Part shown: positions 46,713-55,151 of the stretch, in pieces
Numbering within the stretch: position 1 is the stretch's first letter
Layout of the letters: every line of letters begins with the position of its first letter
Origin: Gemmatimonadales bacterium UBA4456
GTDB taxonomy: Bacteria; Gemmatimonadota; Gemmatimonadetes; Longimicrobiales; Gaopeijiaceae
Assembly: GCA_002390225.1 (NCBI GenBank)
Contig: DGOW01000054.1
Coordinates: 71,364 to 135,363 of the forward strand
Direction: 5' to 3'
DNA: 64,000 bases
Translations under genes and position numbers: made by a program
The notes under the pieces: generated by a model
The model's database searches: none
Told to the model about the DNA's origin: nothing
What the model saw: only the letters and a program-made list of their open reading frames with translations

Positions 46713-48194
46713 GTGATCAAGTACTGCGCGAATCTTCTGAGTGCTCTTTTGCTCGTTCTCACGGCCTGCGCATCGGATGTGAGCCAGCCTGACGTCGGTG
46801 GCGGACAGGGCGAGCCCGGCGATCTGTCGAGCTACTTCATCTCTCCTGCATTGTGTGCAGATGAAGAGGGCCCGGAGTGTGCGTCTCTGCGGCTCGGGGA
46901 TCCTCACCTGACCACGACCAGTCCCGCTCGGGGCAAGCTTTTCGCTTGCTCAGGGGGGAACCCGAACGCACCGGGGAGTGATCAGACACGCATCACCTGG
47001 ATCGATTGGGCGGCTGGTACGTGGAATCTGCTCACCAAACCGTTCCTGCCATCGGGCTCATTCTCCCCCGGGGAGGGCGTCGCCCGCGTATCGGAGTCCG
47101 ATGACGTTCGCAGTGTCGTCATCAACAACCTCCCGGTCGACGAAAAGATCGGTGATTGGCCTATGACCAAGTATCCTGAGTTGTCGGCGATCGATCGGAA
47201 TCCCGGGGTGCCGGCAGCGAGAAGCTTCACGTTCAATATCCCGATCGAGCCGGTCGTGAACGAGACACCGTTCTGCACGTCGCTCGGAGCGATCGGGGTG
47301 ACGCTGAACGGGGTGGTTCTGTATAACGCGGTCGATGCACGCGGAAACGATGCCGTCGCTCACGAAATTGTCGACGAGTTCGGCGGTCACCCGGCGATGA
47401 GCGATTACCACTACCACTTTCTGCCCGAGCGGCTTGATTCGGCGCCGATGGCGGACGGACACTCGGGGCTGGTTGGCTTCATCCGTGATGGATTCGGACT
47501 CTACGGGTACGATGGGTCCGGTGGTCTGGAATTGACCAATGCCGATCTGGATGAGTGTCACGGACACGACCACGCCCCGATGGGCTATCACTATCACGCG
47601 ACGATCGAATACCCATATACGATCGGATGTTTTCGGGGTGATCCCGAGCCTGCATTCCTAGCGTCAACGTTGGCGTCTGAGTCAGGTGCGGATGCCGACG
47701 TGGTGCCCGAGGTGGATACGCAGGCTGTCCTCCCGTTTCTGGAGCGCATGATCTCTCACCACCTCCAGGCTCTGGAGTTGACCGCTCTCGTTCCGGACCG
47801 CTCGGATCGAGTTGGCGTGCGCCAGATCGCGGAGCGAATGCGGATCGCACAGGCCGAGGAGATCCGTCTGATGGAGTACTGGTTGCAGAACGAGATCTCT
47901 TCGGGTGTGATTGGTGACTCAGGGGAAGTCGAGCCAGTGGGCATGCCCGGGATGCTTTCGCCTGAGCGCATGCAGCGGCTCCGTGGATTGGAAGGCCGTG
48001 AGTTCGACCGCCTGTTCCTTCGATCGATGGTGGAGCATCACCAGGGCGCTGTGCGTATGGCCGGGGCCCTGTTGCAACGTGTGGGGCCTGCCGCACGAGG
48101 ATCTTCGATCGACTGGTTTGTCCTGCACCTGGAGGCTGAGCAGGCTTTCGAGGTCAAACGCATGCTGCATATGCTGGACGACGTGTCGTCATAA
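46713..48194 (+). CDS. lipoprotein: YHYH-domain fused to DUF305 domain
   Basis: 493 aa, GTG start preceded by GGGGGAGG. Lipobox LLVLTAC. Has YHYH motifs (SDYHYHFLPE, GYHYHATIEYPY). The C-terminal DUF305-like helices carry MISHHLQA and MVEHHQGAVRMA. Confidence 0.8.
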   Translation: MIKYCANLLSALLLVLTACASDVSQPDVGGGQGEPGDLSSYFISPALCADEEGPECASLRLGDPHLTTTSPARGKLFACSGGNPNAPGSDQTRITWIDWAAGTWNLLTKPFLPSGSFSPGEGVARVSESDDVRSVVINNLPVDEKIGDWPMTKYPELSAIDRNPGVPAARSFTFNIPIEPVVNETPFCTSLGAIGVTLNGVVLYNAVDARGNDAVAHEIVDEFGGHPAMSDYHYHFLPERLDSAPMADGHSGLVGFIRDGFGLYGYDGSGGLELTNADLDECHGHDHAPMGYHYHATIEYPYTIGCFRGDPEPAFLASTLASESGADADVVPEVDTQAVLPFLERMISHHLQALELTALVPDRSDRVGVRQIAERMRIAQAEEIRLMEYWLQNEISSGVIGDSGEVEPVGMPGMLSPERMQRLRGLEGREFDRLFLRSMVEHHQGAVRMAGALLQRVGPAARGSSIDWFVLHLEAEQAFEVKRMLHMLDDVSS

Positions 48195-48307
48195 TCCGTT
48201 CCGGTCGGGTATGACCCCTTCATGTCGGGGTGCCAAGGCGTAGATTCTCGTCCGACGTTCGAGGGACACGCCGGCGTGTCCATTCCCACTGTAAGGACCG
48301 ATAGCCG

Positions 48308-49702
48308 ATGGCTGACGCGTTTCGCATCGAGAAGGATTCACTCGGAGAGATGAAGGTTCCGGCTGACGCCCTGTACGGTCCCCAGACCCAGCGGGCGCTA
48401 GAGAACTTTCCCATTAGTGGTCAGCGTTTCGGACGGCGTTTCATTCAGGCGATGGGCCTCATCAAGAAATCTGCCGCCACGACGAACGCCGAGCTTGGGC
48501 AGCTTGAGGTCGACATCGCCCGGGCCATCGAGGTCGCTGCGGGGGAAGTCGCGAATGGGCGCTGGGACGATGAGTTCGTGCTGGACATCTACCAAACCGG
48601 TTCGGGTACCTCGACGAACATGAATACGAATGAGGTCGTCGCTCACCGAGCTACGCAGATACTCGACGGTGAGGGGTCTGTGCACCCTAATGACCATGTC
48701 AACTTCGGTCAGTCTTCGAACGATACGATCCCGACGGCCATCCACATCTCGACCCGCGTCGCGATCGAAGAAGAGCTGGTGCCGGCTCTCCAGCATATGC
48801 ACGATGCACTAGCCGTGAAGGCCAGGCAGTTCGACGAGGTGGTGAAATCCGGGCGCACACATCTCATGGATGCGACCCCCGTCCGTCTCGGACAGGAGTT
48901 CGCCGGCTACGCGACGCAGATCCGTAAGGGGATCGAGCGCGTGCGTGCTGCCGGCGTGGAGCTGGAGGAACTCGCGCTCGGGGGGACAGCGACCGGCACC
49001 GGCATCAACACGCATGAAGAGTTTTCGCCGCGGACGATCGCGCGCATTGCGGAGGCGACCGGGATCGCGTTCCGGGAGGCGGACGACCACTTCGAGGCCC
49101 AGGGCGCGAAGGACGCGGCTGTCAGCACGGCGGGTGCGCTGAATACGGTCGCGACGAGCTTCATGAAGATCGCCGACGACATCCGCTGGCTCGGCTCAGG
49201 TCCGACCTCCGGGCTTCACGAAGTTCGACTCCCGGCCATTCAGCCTGGGTCGTCGATCATGCCGGGCAAGGTGAACCCGGTCATGTCCGAGGCGATGATG
49301 ATGGTCGCCGCCCGGGTCATGGGGAATCACACGACGGTGACCGTGGCCGGCAGCCGCGGCAACTTCGAGCTCAACGTCATGATGCCGGTTCTGGCGCACA
49401 CGCTGCTCGAGTCCGTCACACTTCTGACGAACATCGCGCGGGCGTTCACCGACCGGTGTGTGGTCGGCATCGAAGCCAACGAAGAGCGGGCGCGGGAACT
49501 CCTCGAGCGAAACCCGTCGATTGCCACCGCGCTGAACCCCTTCATTGGCTACGACGAGGCGTCCGTGGTCGCGAAGGAGTCTGCGAAGCGAGGAGTCAGT
49601 GTTCGCCAGATCGTGCGTGAGAAGAAACTGCTGCCGGAAGAGCAGATCGATGAGGCGCTGGACGTTCGCTCGATGACCGAGCCCGGGCTACCAGACGCCT
49701 AG
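48308..49702 (+). CDS. fumC: class II fumarate hydratase
   Basis: 464 aa. GSSIMPGKVNP signature and full-length aspartase/fumarase fold. Confidence 0.97.
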   Translation: MADAFRIEKDSLGEMKVPADALYGPQTQRALENFPISGQRFGRRFIQAMGLIKKSAATTNAELGQLEVDIARAIEVAAGEVANGRWDDEFVLDIYQTGSGTSTNMNTNEVVAHRATQILDGEGSVHPNDHVNFGQSSNDTIPTAIHISTRVAIEEELVPALQHMHDALAVKARQFDEVVKSGRTHLMDATPVRLGQEFAGYATQIRKGIERVRAAGVELEELALGGTATGTGINTHEEFSPRTIARIAEATGIAFREADDHFEAQGAKDAAVSTAGALNTVATSFMKIADDIRWLGSGPTSGLHEVRLPAIQPGSSIMPGKVNPVMSEAMMMVAARVMGNHTTVTVAGSRGNFELNVMMPVLAHTLLESVTLLTNIARAFTDRCVVGIEANEERARELLERNPSIATALNPFIGYDEASVVAKESAKRGVSVRQIVREKKLLPEEQIDEALDVRSMTEPGLPDA

Positions 49703-49746
49703 AGCCGGGCCGTCCAGTACTGCGCTCTCTGAGCTTGAGCGCGCAC

Positions 49747-50541
49747 TTACCTCCGGCGCATTCCAGACAGTGGGAGAGGGACGATCCTGTGCTCTGACAC
49801 ACGCTTCATGAAGGCCGGCGTGTAGACACGAATATGCGTCCCGCGGTTGTAGACCTCGACCATGTGGAACTCGCCCGGGGAGAATGAGGCGAGGTAGTCG
49901 AGGCCTCCCATGTGCAGGGACTCGTCGACGTACACGATGGGATCGACCCGGCGACCACGGGACCAGATGCAGCTGGAGCCGCGGGATCCGTTGCACCCCG
50001 TGTAGAACACCCCAGACTGTGCGGCAATGAAGTCACGCGCGTTCATCGTCGTGGAGCGCGTCAGATCATGGGAGTCGAATGCGAGTACGCTCGTTGCTGC
50101 GGCGTTACGGCGAGACTGGAATCGGTCCGCCATGACCCGGATCCCCTCGAGCAGGATCGGCTCGGGCACCATCTCGATCTGCACAGCATCACCGAGCGCG
50201 ACCTCTCCGGACCAGTTCAATGTCCGGTAGCCGAGCGCTTCGATCATTAGATCGAGTCGGCCGCCGGTGTGATCTGGAATTCTGAAGCGTCCGTCCGGAT
50301 TCGAAATCGAGCCCCACTCGGTCCCTGTCAGCCCGACCCAAGCGCCGACGAGTGGAGTCCCACTCTCCGAGTCGAGGACCTGCCCGAAGACAGCAGAGCC
50401 CTCGTCGGGCTGTTCCTGGGCATGCAAGCTGACGGGGAGCAGGACCATCGCTAGCGCAGCAGCCAGTGCGCCGAGGAGGGAGGGTCTGCCCAGTTCGGCG
50501 CTTGCTGTTCCCGACCGAGTTCTGGCGTTCAGCGTCGTCAT
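49747..50541 (-). CDS. secreted CarboxypepD_reg-like plus plug-like domain protein
   Basis: Internal Met of ORF 49747..50601 starts a signal peptide (...LPVSLHAQ). VFGQVLDSESGTPLVGAWVGL is CarboxypepD_reg-like. LLEGIRVMA resembles the N-terminal parts of TonB-dependent receptors. Confidence 0.7.
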   Translation of the reverse strand: MTTLNARTRSGTASAELGRPSLLGALAAALAMVLLPVSLHAQEQPDEGSAVFGQVLDSESGTPLVGAWVGLTGTEWGSISNPDGRFRIPDHTGGRLDLMIEALGYRTLNWSGEVALGDAVQIEMVPEPILLEGIRVMADRFQSRRNAAATSVLAFDSHDLTRSTTMNARDFIAAQSGVFYTGCNGSRGSSCIWSRGRRVDPIVYVDESLHMGGLDYLASFSPGEFHMVEVYNRGTHIRVYTPAFMKRVSEHRIVPLPLSGMRRR

Positions 50542-50708
50542 GAGGCAGGTGCATGGCAGGTCATCGAGCCTCCAAGAGCGAGTGACGCCAGGTGCGAGCA
50601 CCTGACGCCACTCTTTGCACGCCCCCCCAGGGCGTGTTGCCCACCCGTGCTGGCGTAGGACTTTTGTGCCGACCGGATGACCGAGGTCGAACCGAGCCGG
50701 CGCAATAT

Positions 50709-51155
50709 TCAGGCCGTTTTTCTCTCAAGGTCCAGATCGAAGATCATATCCGAGGTTACTTCCCCAAGCGGCGTACCGCCCCGAAGGATGACACGGGTTA
50801 CGTCGCCATCAAGATAAAGAGGGTAAGCCCAGCTCCCGTATTGTACGACCTGAATCAATTCTGGGGCGCTCGCACACGGGGACGGGCTCACTCGTTCAGT
50901 GATCGCCCGCCAGACCCGGTCGACCAGCGCCATGCGCTCCTGAACCGAATCTGCCCAAAGTGCCATGCGGATCCGCTTGCGCTCTTCGAGGGTTAGAGAC
51001 CGAACGATTCGGCGATGGCCACGGAACGAGTGCGAGAGGAGCAACGCAATCGCCTCGCCCTCGGGAATCGGCTCCAGTCCATGGTCATGGTAACCCGGCG
51101 TTCGCACTCGTCGGGTGTCAGATATGTCGAGGTAACCGTCGGCTGCGATTCGCAT
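50709..51155 (-). CDS. hypothetical protein
   Basis: 148 aa with somewhat lower GC than its surroundings. No family recognised. Confidence 0.5.
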   Translation of the reverse strand: MRIAADGYLDISDTRRVRTPGYHDHGLEPIPEGEAIALLLSHSFRGHRRIVRSLTLEERKRIRMALWADSVQERMALVDRVWRAITERVSPSPCASAPELIQVVQYGSWAYPLYLDGDVTRVILRGGTPLGEVTSDMIFDLDLERKTA

Positions 51156-51397
51156 CTCTCTCTCCGCGTCTTCGTCAATCAGACCGCTGGTTGAGCGCTC
51201 TGTGCCTTCCTATAAGGACAAGTCCTGTGCCCAACAGCGGCGATGCTTGAAATCGAGAAGTAAAATCACGTAAGTGTTTGTCAAAAAGAGTCTTGCGGTG
51301 TTCCTGCGGCGCAGGAAAGAAGACTTTCGGTGATGAGGTCACGGAAATTTTTCGCGACAATACTTCCGACATTGGCAAACTTTTCCGACCTTCTATC

Positions 51398-52264
51398 ATG
51401 ACTCACGACATTGATGAACTAGGGGCACACGTGTCCGCGAGCGGGGGCGTTGACCGGGCTCCCGGTCGGGCTCGGGACATCGACGCGGCAGTCCTTCAGC
51501 TGTTCACGAAGCAACCGAGCCGTTGGGCGGAGTCCGTGATCGACGAGGAGACCGCCAAGGCATTCAAGGCGGCCAGGGTCGAGCAAGGGGTTACGGTCGC
51601 GGGCGCCCATGACTCTTACCTGATCAACCTGTCCACACCGGACCGTCGGTTGTGGCGGATGTCCCAGCGCTCGTTCGAAGCGGAGCTGCATCGGTGCGCG
51701 CTCCTTGAACTCGACTTCCTCGTGACGCATCCTGGGAACGCAACGGACCAGGAATACGAGGCGGGCCTGGAGCGCAACGCGAAGGGTGTGACCGAATCTC
51801 TGGAGGCGGTGGACGGCCCCACGCGCGTGCTCCTCGAGATCACAGCCGGGAGCGGCACGAGTGTCGGCGCGACATTCGAGAACCTCCAGACAATCATCGA
51901 GATGATCCCGACGGAGCAGCGCCACCGGGTCGGCATCTGCTTCGATACGTGTCACGCTTTCAGTGCGGGTTACGACCTGGTCGATGACTACGATGGAGTC
52001 TGGACAGCCTTCGATGACATCATCGGTCTCGATCGACTGGGGCTGCTGCACCTGAATGACTCTCAGCATCCGTTCGACTCACGTAAGGATCGGCATGAAG
52101 CCATCGGGGAGGGGAGTCTTGGACTCGAGCCCTTTCGTCGTATCGTGCTGGACGAGCGACTGGTCGGGGTTCCCAAGGTGCTCGAGACCCCGAAGGGTGA
52201 CGACGGTGAACAAGCCGACATCCGTAATCTGACCGTGCTGCGCACCCTGCGCGTCGAGGGCTGA
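51398..52264 (+). CDS. nfo: endonuclease IV
   Basis: Internal Met of ORF 51278..52264 gives MTHDIDELGAHVSASGG. Contains HPGN, CFDTCH and LHLNDS metal-ligand blocks. Confidence 0.92.
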   Translation: MTHDIDELGAHVSASGGVDRAPGRARDIDAAVLQLFTKQPSRWAESVIDEETAKAFKAARVEQGVTVAGAHDSYLINLSTPDRRLWRMSQRSFEAELHRCALLELDFLVTHPGNATDQEYEAGLERNAKGVTESLEAVDGPTRVLLEITAGSGTSVGATFENLQTIIEMIPTEQRHRVGICFDTCHAFSAGYDLVDDYDGVWTAFDDIIGLDRLGLLHLNDSQHPFDSRKDRHEAIGEGSLGLEPFRRIVLDERLVGVPKVLETPKGDDGEQADIRNLTVLRTLRVEG

Positions 52265-52307
52265 GTACTCGTGACCCCTGGCGGCACAGTCCCGTCCCGA
52301 AAAAACC

Positions 52308-52337
52308 TTCGCAAATAGGCGCACCGTCGTCTATATT
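52308..52337 (+). promoter_or_regulatory. candidate sigma70-type promoter for the pterin-operon leader
   Basis: TTCGCA, 18 nt, TATATT. This is the only AT-rich hexamer pair in the spacer. Untested. Confidence 0.3.
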
Positions 52338-52343
52338 TTCCTC

Positions 52344-52551
52344 AGGCAGTCGAGGGGCTTTTTATTGAGCCAACACTTCGAAGCCGGGACTGACTCCTGG
52401 ACACGACGCTAAGCCCCGGAAGAGGGGAAAGCGGCAAGGTTTGGGGAAGTCGCCACTCGTGGATTCCCGGGCTTCAATGAATCCCCCCTCGGTTGCAGCG
52501 GGGGTCGTTGTGGGTTGCTTAGGCGACAGACATCGGCCCCCGCATTTTTTT
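52344..52551 (+). ncRNA. candidate cis-regulatory leader RNA (riboswitch/attenuator-like), class unknown
   Basis: Long-range helix 52380-52389 / 52465-52475. Internal hairpin CCCC-ggaaga-GGGG (52414-52427). Alternative pairing of the G-run 52498-52504 with C-runs at 52483-52488 or 52537-52543. Ends in T7. Confidence 0.5.
52498..52551 (+). terminator. intrinsic terminator-like element (GCGGGGG ... CCCCCGC + TTTTTTT)
   Basis: 7-bp G/C closing stem around a 32-nt interior with further pairing (GTCG/CGAC), followed by A and seven T. It lies 113 nt upstream of the operon ATG. Confidence 0.55.
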
Positions 52552-52664
52552 AGCGTTCCTCCACGGGTCGAGCATTAGGTTGGGCGCGGCGCGGTATGGA
52601 TCGCCCTGCGACTGTGCGGGTAGGCGTCGGTTCTGCTGAGGGACACTTTGAACGAGACGGAGCC

Positions 52665-53090
52665 ATGCCAACGGTTCGCGTGACCCGCCGAGCACACTTC
52701 TGCTCGGCTCATCGTCTGTATCGCCAAGACTGGTCGGATGAGCAGAACCGGGAAGTCTTTGGAGACTGCTCGAATCCGAACTGGCACGGGCACAATTACA
52801 TCCTCGACGTGACCGTCGAGGGTCCGGTCGATCCGGGTACCGGATTCGTGATGGACCTCAAGGCGCTCAAGTACGCAATGAAGGAGCGTGTGGTCGATGA
52901 GGTCGATCACCGTAACCTCAATCTCGAGGTTTCCTGGCTTGAGGGGATGATGCCCTCGACCGAGAACGTCGCTGTAGCCATCTGGAACAGGATTGCCGAG
53001 GTCATGCCGGATGGCGTGCGGCTGCATCGGGTCTTTCTGCAGGAGACTGCCAACAATTCGGCGGAGTACCTGGGCCGGGACGGAGAGTGA
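52665..53090 (+). CDS. 6-pyruvoyl-tetrahydropterin synthase / QueD-family protein (eukaryote-type PTPS-like sequence)
   Basis: Internal Met of ORF 52596..53090. FCSAHRL...[15 protein letters not shown]...TGFVMDLK...DHRNLN...[10 protein letters not shown] closely parallels the mammalian PTPS blocks (GKCNNPNGHGHNY etc.) as I recall them. Confidence 0.88.
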   Translation: MPTVRVTRRAHFCSAHRLYRQDWSDEQNREVFGDCSNPNWHGHNYILDVTVEGPVDPGTGFVMDLKALKYAMKERVVDEVDHRNLNLEVSWLEGMMPSTENVAVAIWNRIAEVMPDGVRLHRVFLQETANNSAEYLGRDGE

Positions 53091-53094
53091 AAAC

Positions 53095-53691
53095 ATGACG
53101 TATGAGAGTGGTGCAGACCTTTCCGACGTAGACTTCGAGGATCTGGTGGCCGAGATGATCCGTCGGTGCGGAGACACGCCGGATCGGGAAGGCATGATGA
53201 AGACGCCCGAGCGCGTCGCGAAGTCGATGGCGTTCCTGACGAAAGGATATGGCGAGTCGCCGAAGGCCGTCGTCGGTGACGCGATTTTCTCGGAGAACCA
53301 CCAAAGCATGGTCCTCGTGAAGGATATCGAGCTGTACTCGCTGTGCGAGCATCATATGCTCCCGTTCTTCGGCAAGGCCCACGTCGCATACATCCCGAAC
53401 GGCAACGTGATGGGACTCTCGAAGGTCGCTCGACTGGTAGAGGTCTACGCACGCCGATTCCAGGTGCAGGAGCGGCTGACGGAGCAGGTCGCGCAGGCGG
53501 TCTGGGAGACGACGAACCCTCAGGGCGTCGCCGTCGTGATCGAGGCGTACCATCTGTGCATGATGATGCGGGGCGTACAGAAGCAGAACTCGAAGACTCT
53601 GACCTCTGCCATGCGTGGGATCTTCCTCCAGGACCACCGTACGCGGGACGAGTTCATGCGTCTGGTCACGAGCACGCACCCGCCCCTTTGA
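53095..53691 (+). CDS. folE: GTP cyclohydrolase I
   Basis: Internal Met of ORF 52993..53691. [37 protein letters not shown]. Confidence 0.95.
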   Translation: MTYESGADLSDVDFEDLVAEMIRRCGDTPDREGMMKTPERVAKSMAFLTKGYGESPKAVVGDAIFSENHQSMVLVKDIELYSLCEHHMLPFFGKAHVAYIPNGNVMGLSKVARLVEVYARRFQVQERLTEQVAQAVWETTNPQGVAVVIEAYHLCMMMRGVQKQNSKTLTSAMRGIFLQDHRTRDEFMRLVTSTHPPL

Positions 53692-54410
53692 TGAGCGAGA
53701 GCACGAGACTGTCCGGACTGACGTGCCTGGTGACCGGCGCGAGCCGTGGCATCGGGCGGGCGACCGCCGTGGCTCTGGCCGAGCGTGGTGCCCGAGTCCT
53801 GGCGATGGCGCGCAGCGTCGATGCCCTGCAGTCGCTCGAGCGCGATTGCGGTGCCACGCCGGTGGTCGCAGACCTCTCTGATGATACGGCTGTGTGGACG
53901 GCTCTCGATGAGGCCGCAGAAGAGGTCGGGGGCGTGCCTGACGTGGTCGTCAACGCGGCCGGTGTCTTCAGCGTAGAGGCATGCGCCAGTGAGACGGTGA
54001 AGTCGTTCGATGAGCATCTGGCGATCAACCTCCGTGGCCCGTTTCTCGTGACGCGCTCCGTGCTTCCGGGGATGCTGGAGCGTGGCTCCGGTCTGATCGT
54101 GAATATCGGATCGGTCGCAGGTCGGAAAGCGTTCCCGGGCAACGCGGCGTATTCGGCCTCGAAGTTCGGGCTGCGCGGTCTTCACGAGGTGCTCCTGGAG
54201 GAGATCCGTGGGACCGGCGTGCGAGCATCGCTGATCGAACCCGCCGCGACGGACACCACGTTGTGGGACGAACTCGATCCGGATGCGAATCCGGGCCTCC
54301 CAAATCGGGCGGACATGCTGACGCCTGAGCAGGTAGCGGCCGCTGTCGTATTCGTGTTGACGCGGCCGGCCGGTGTCACCGTACCGCACTTCGCTGTGGA
54401 GCGTGGCTGA
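53691..54410 (+). CDS. SDR-family oxidoreductase (candidate sepiapterin-reductase-like step)
   Basis: Internal Met of ORF 53343..54410; its ATG overlaps the folE stop (TGATG). TGASRGIG, NAAG-like and YSASK motifs. Confidence 0.85.
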   Translation: MSESTRLSGLTCLVTGASRGIGRATAVALAERGARVLAMARSVDALQSLERDCGATPVVADLSDDTAVWTALDEAAEEVGGVPDVVVNAAGVFSVEACASETVKSFDEHLAINLRGPFLVTRSVLPGMLERGSGLIVNIGSVAGRKAFPGNAAYSASKFGLRGLHEVLLEEIRGTGVRASLIEPAATDTTLWDELDPDANPGLPNRADMLTPEQVAAAVVFVLTRPAGVTVPHFAVERG

Positions 54411-54418
54411 CGCGCCGC

Positions 54419-55048
54419 ATGCACCTCCTGCTCACCGATCGTCTGACCTGTCCCCGCTGTGGTCCGGCGTTCGGCCTCATCCTCCTGGCCGACCAGCTGG
54501 CGGACCGTCGTGTCCGTGCCGGTATCCTGGGGTGTCCCAATTGTCGTGACTCGTTCCGGATCGACGAGGGGTTCGCTGACCTGCGTGCGCCGCCGCGCGG
54601 CCCTGTACTCGAAGGCCAAGCTGGTCAGCCTGAGCGTCCTGCACCTTCGGATGTCGAGCGGGTGGTGGCGCTGCTGGGGATCCACAGAGGACCGGGCACG
54701 GTTGCGGCATTAGGGGCGGCGGCGTTGTATGCCGTGTCACTGGCCGAGGCCGTGGAGGAGATTATGGTTGCTGCGGTCGACCCGGACACGAAGAGCTGGC
54801 CGGGCCATCCGGGGGTTACCCGCATGGTCTCGTCTCCCGGGCTTCCGTTCTTTGATCGCACACTCCGCGGAGCTGTCGTCGATGGCACTCTCGGCCCAGC
54901 GATGCTTTTCGAGGCGTGTCGCTGCACGGCGCCGATGAGCCGTGTCGTGGTCCTCCGTGCGAGTCCGGATGCACAGACGGTCATCGAGCAGGCAGGGCTC
55001 TCGGTGCTCGCCTCCGAGGACGAAACCGTCGTAGCCGCACGGGGCTGA
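54419..55048 (+). CDS. hypothetical protein with N-terminal Trm112-like zinc ribbon
   Basis: 209 aa. LTCPRCG...LGCPNCRDSFRIDEGFADL is Trm112/DUF343-like. The C-terminal part vaguely resembles a methyltransferase fold but has no clear SAM motif. Confidence 0.6.
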   Translation: MHLLLTDRLTCPRCGPAFGLILLADQLADRRVRAGILGCPNCRDSFRIDEGFADLRAPPRGPVLEGQAGQPERPAPSDVERVVALLGIHRGPGTVAALGAAALYAVSLAEAVEEIMVAAVDPDTKSWPGHPGVTRMVSSPGLPFFDRTLRGAVVDGTLGPAMLFEACRCTAPMSRVVVLRASPDAQTVIEQAGLSVLASEDETVVAARG

Positions 55049-55151
55049 GCGTTGCGCCCGGACCCGCCGGCTTTCTACCTTCAGCCTCCGCTTGGAAAAC
55101 GCCGTTCGGGGTGTGACCCGGCGGCAACCCCGGTTCTCTGACCCACCGCGA

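Noticed and set aside
51372-51399. TTGGCA-16-TATCAT promoter-like pair in front of nfo
   Set aside because: The -10 hexamer overlaps the nfo ATG itself (51398), so a transcript from it would start inside the gene. It is probably fortuitous.
52268-52300. ZTP (pfl)-riboswitch-like string CGTGACCCCTGGCGGCAC just after the nfo stop
   Set aside because: It resembles GGGUCGUGACUGGCG only loosely, with a 3-nt insertion. I could not find the required downstream CCGCCUGGGC pseudoknot partner.
52265-52560. Possibility that the structured spacer is a known housekeeping RNA (SRP/4.5S, 6S, RNase P, tmRNA)
   Set aside because: CCGGAAGAGGGGAAAGCGGCAAGG superficially recalls the SRP helix-8 GGAA tetraloop region and the RNase P GAGGAAAGUCC box. 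However, the flanking pairing does not fit the SRP symmetric/asymmetric loops. The RNase P CR-I/CR-V boxes are absent. No tRNA-like 3' end exists. Only a covariance-model scan can settle this.
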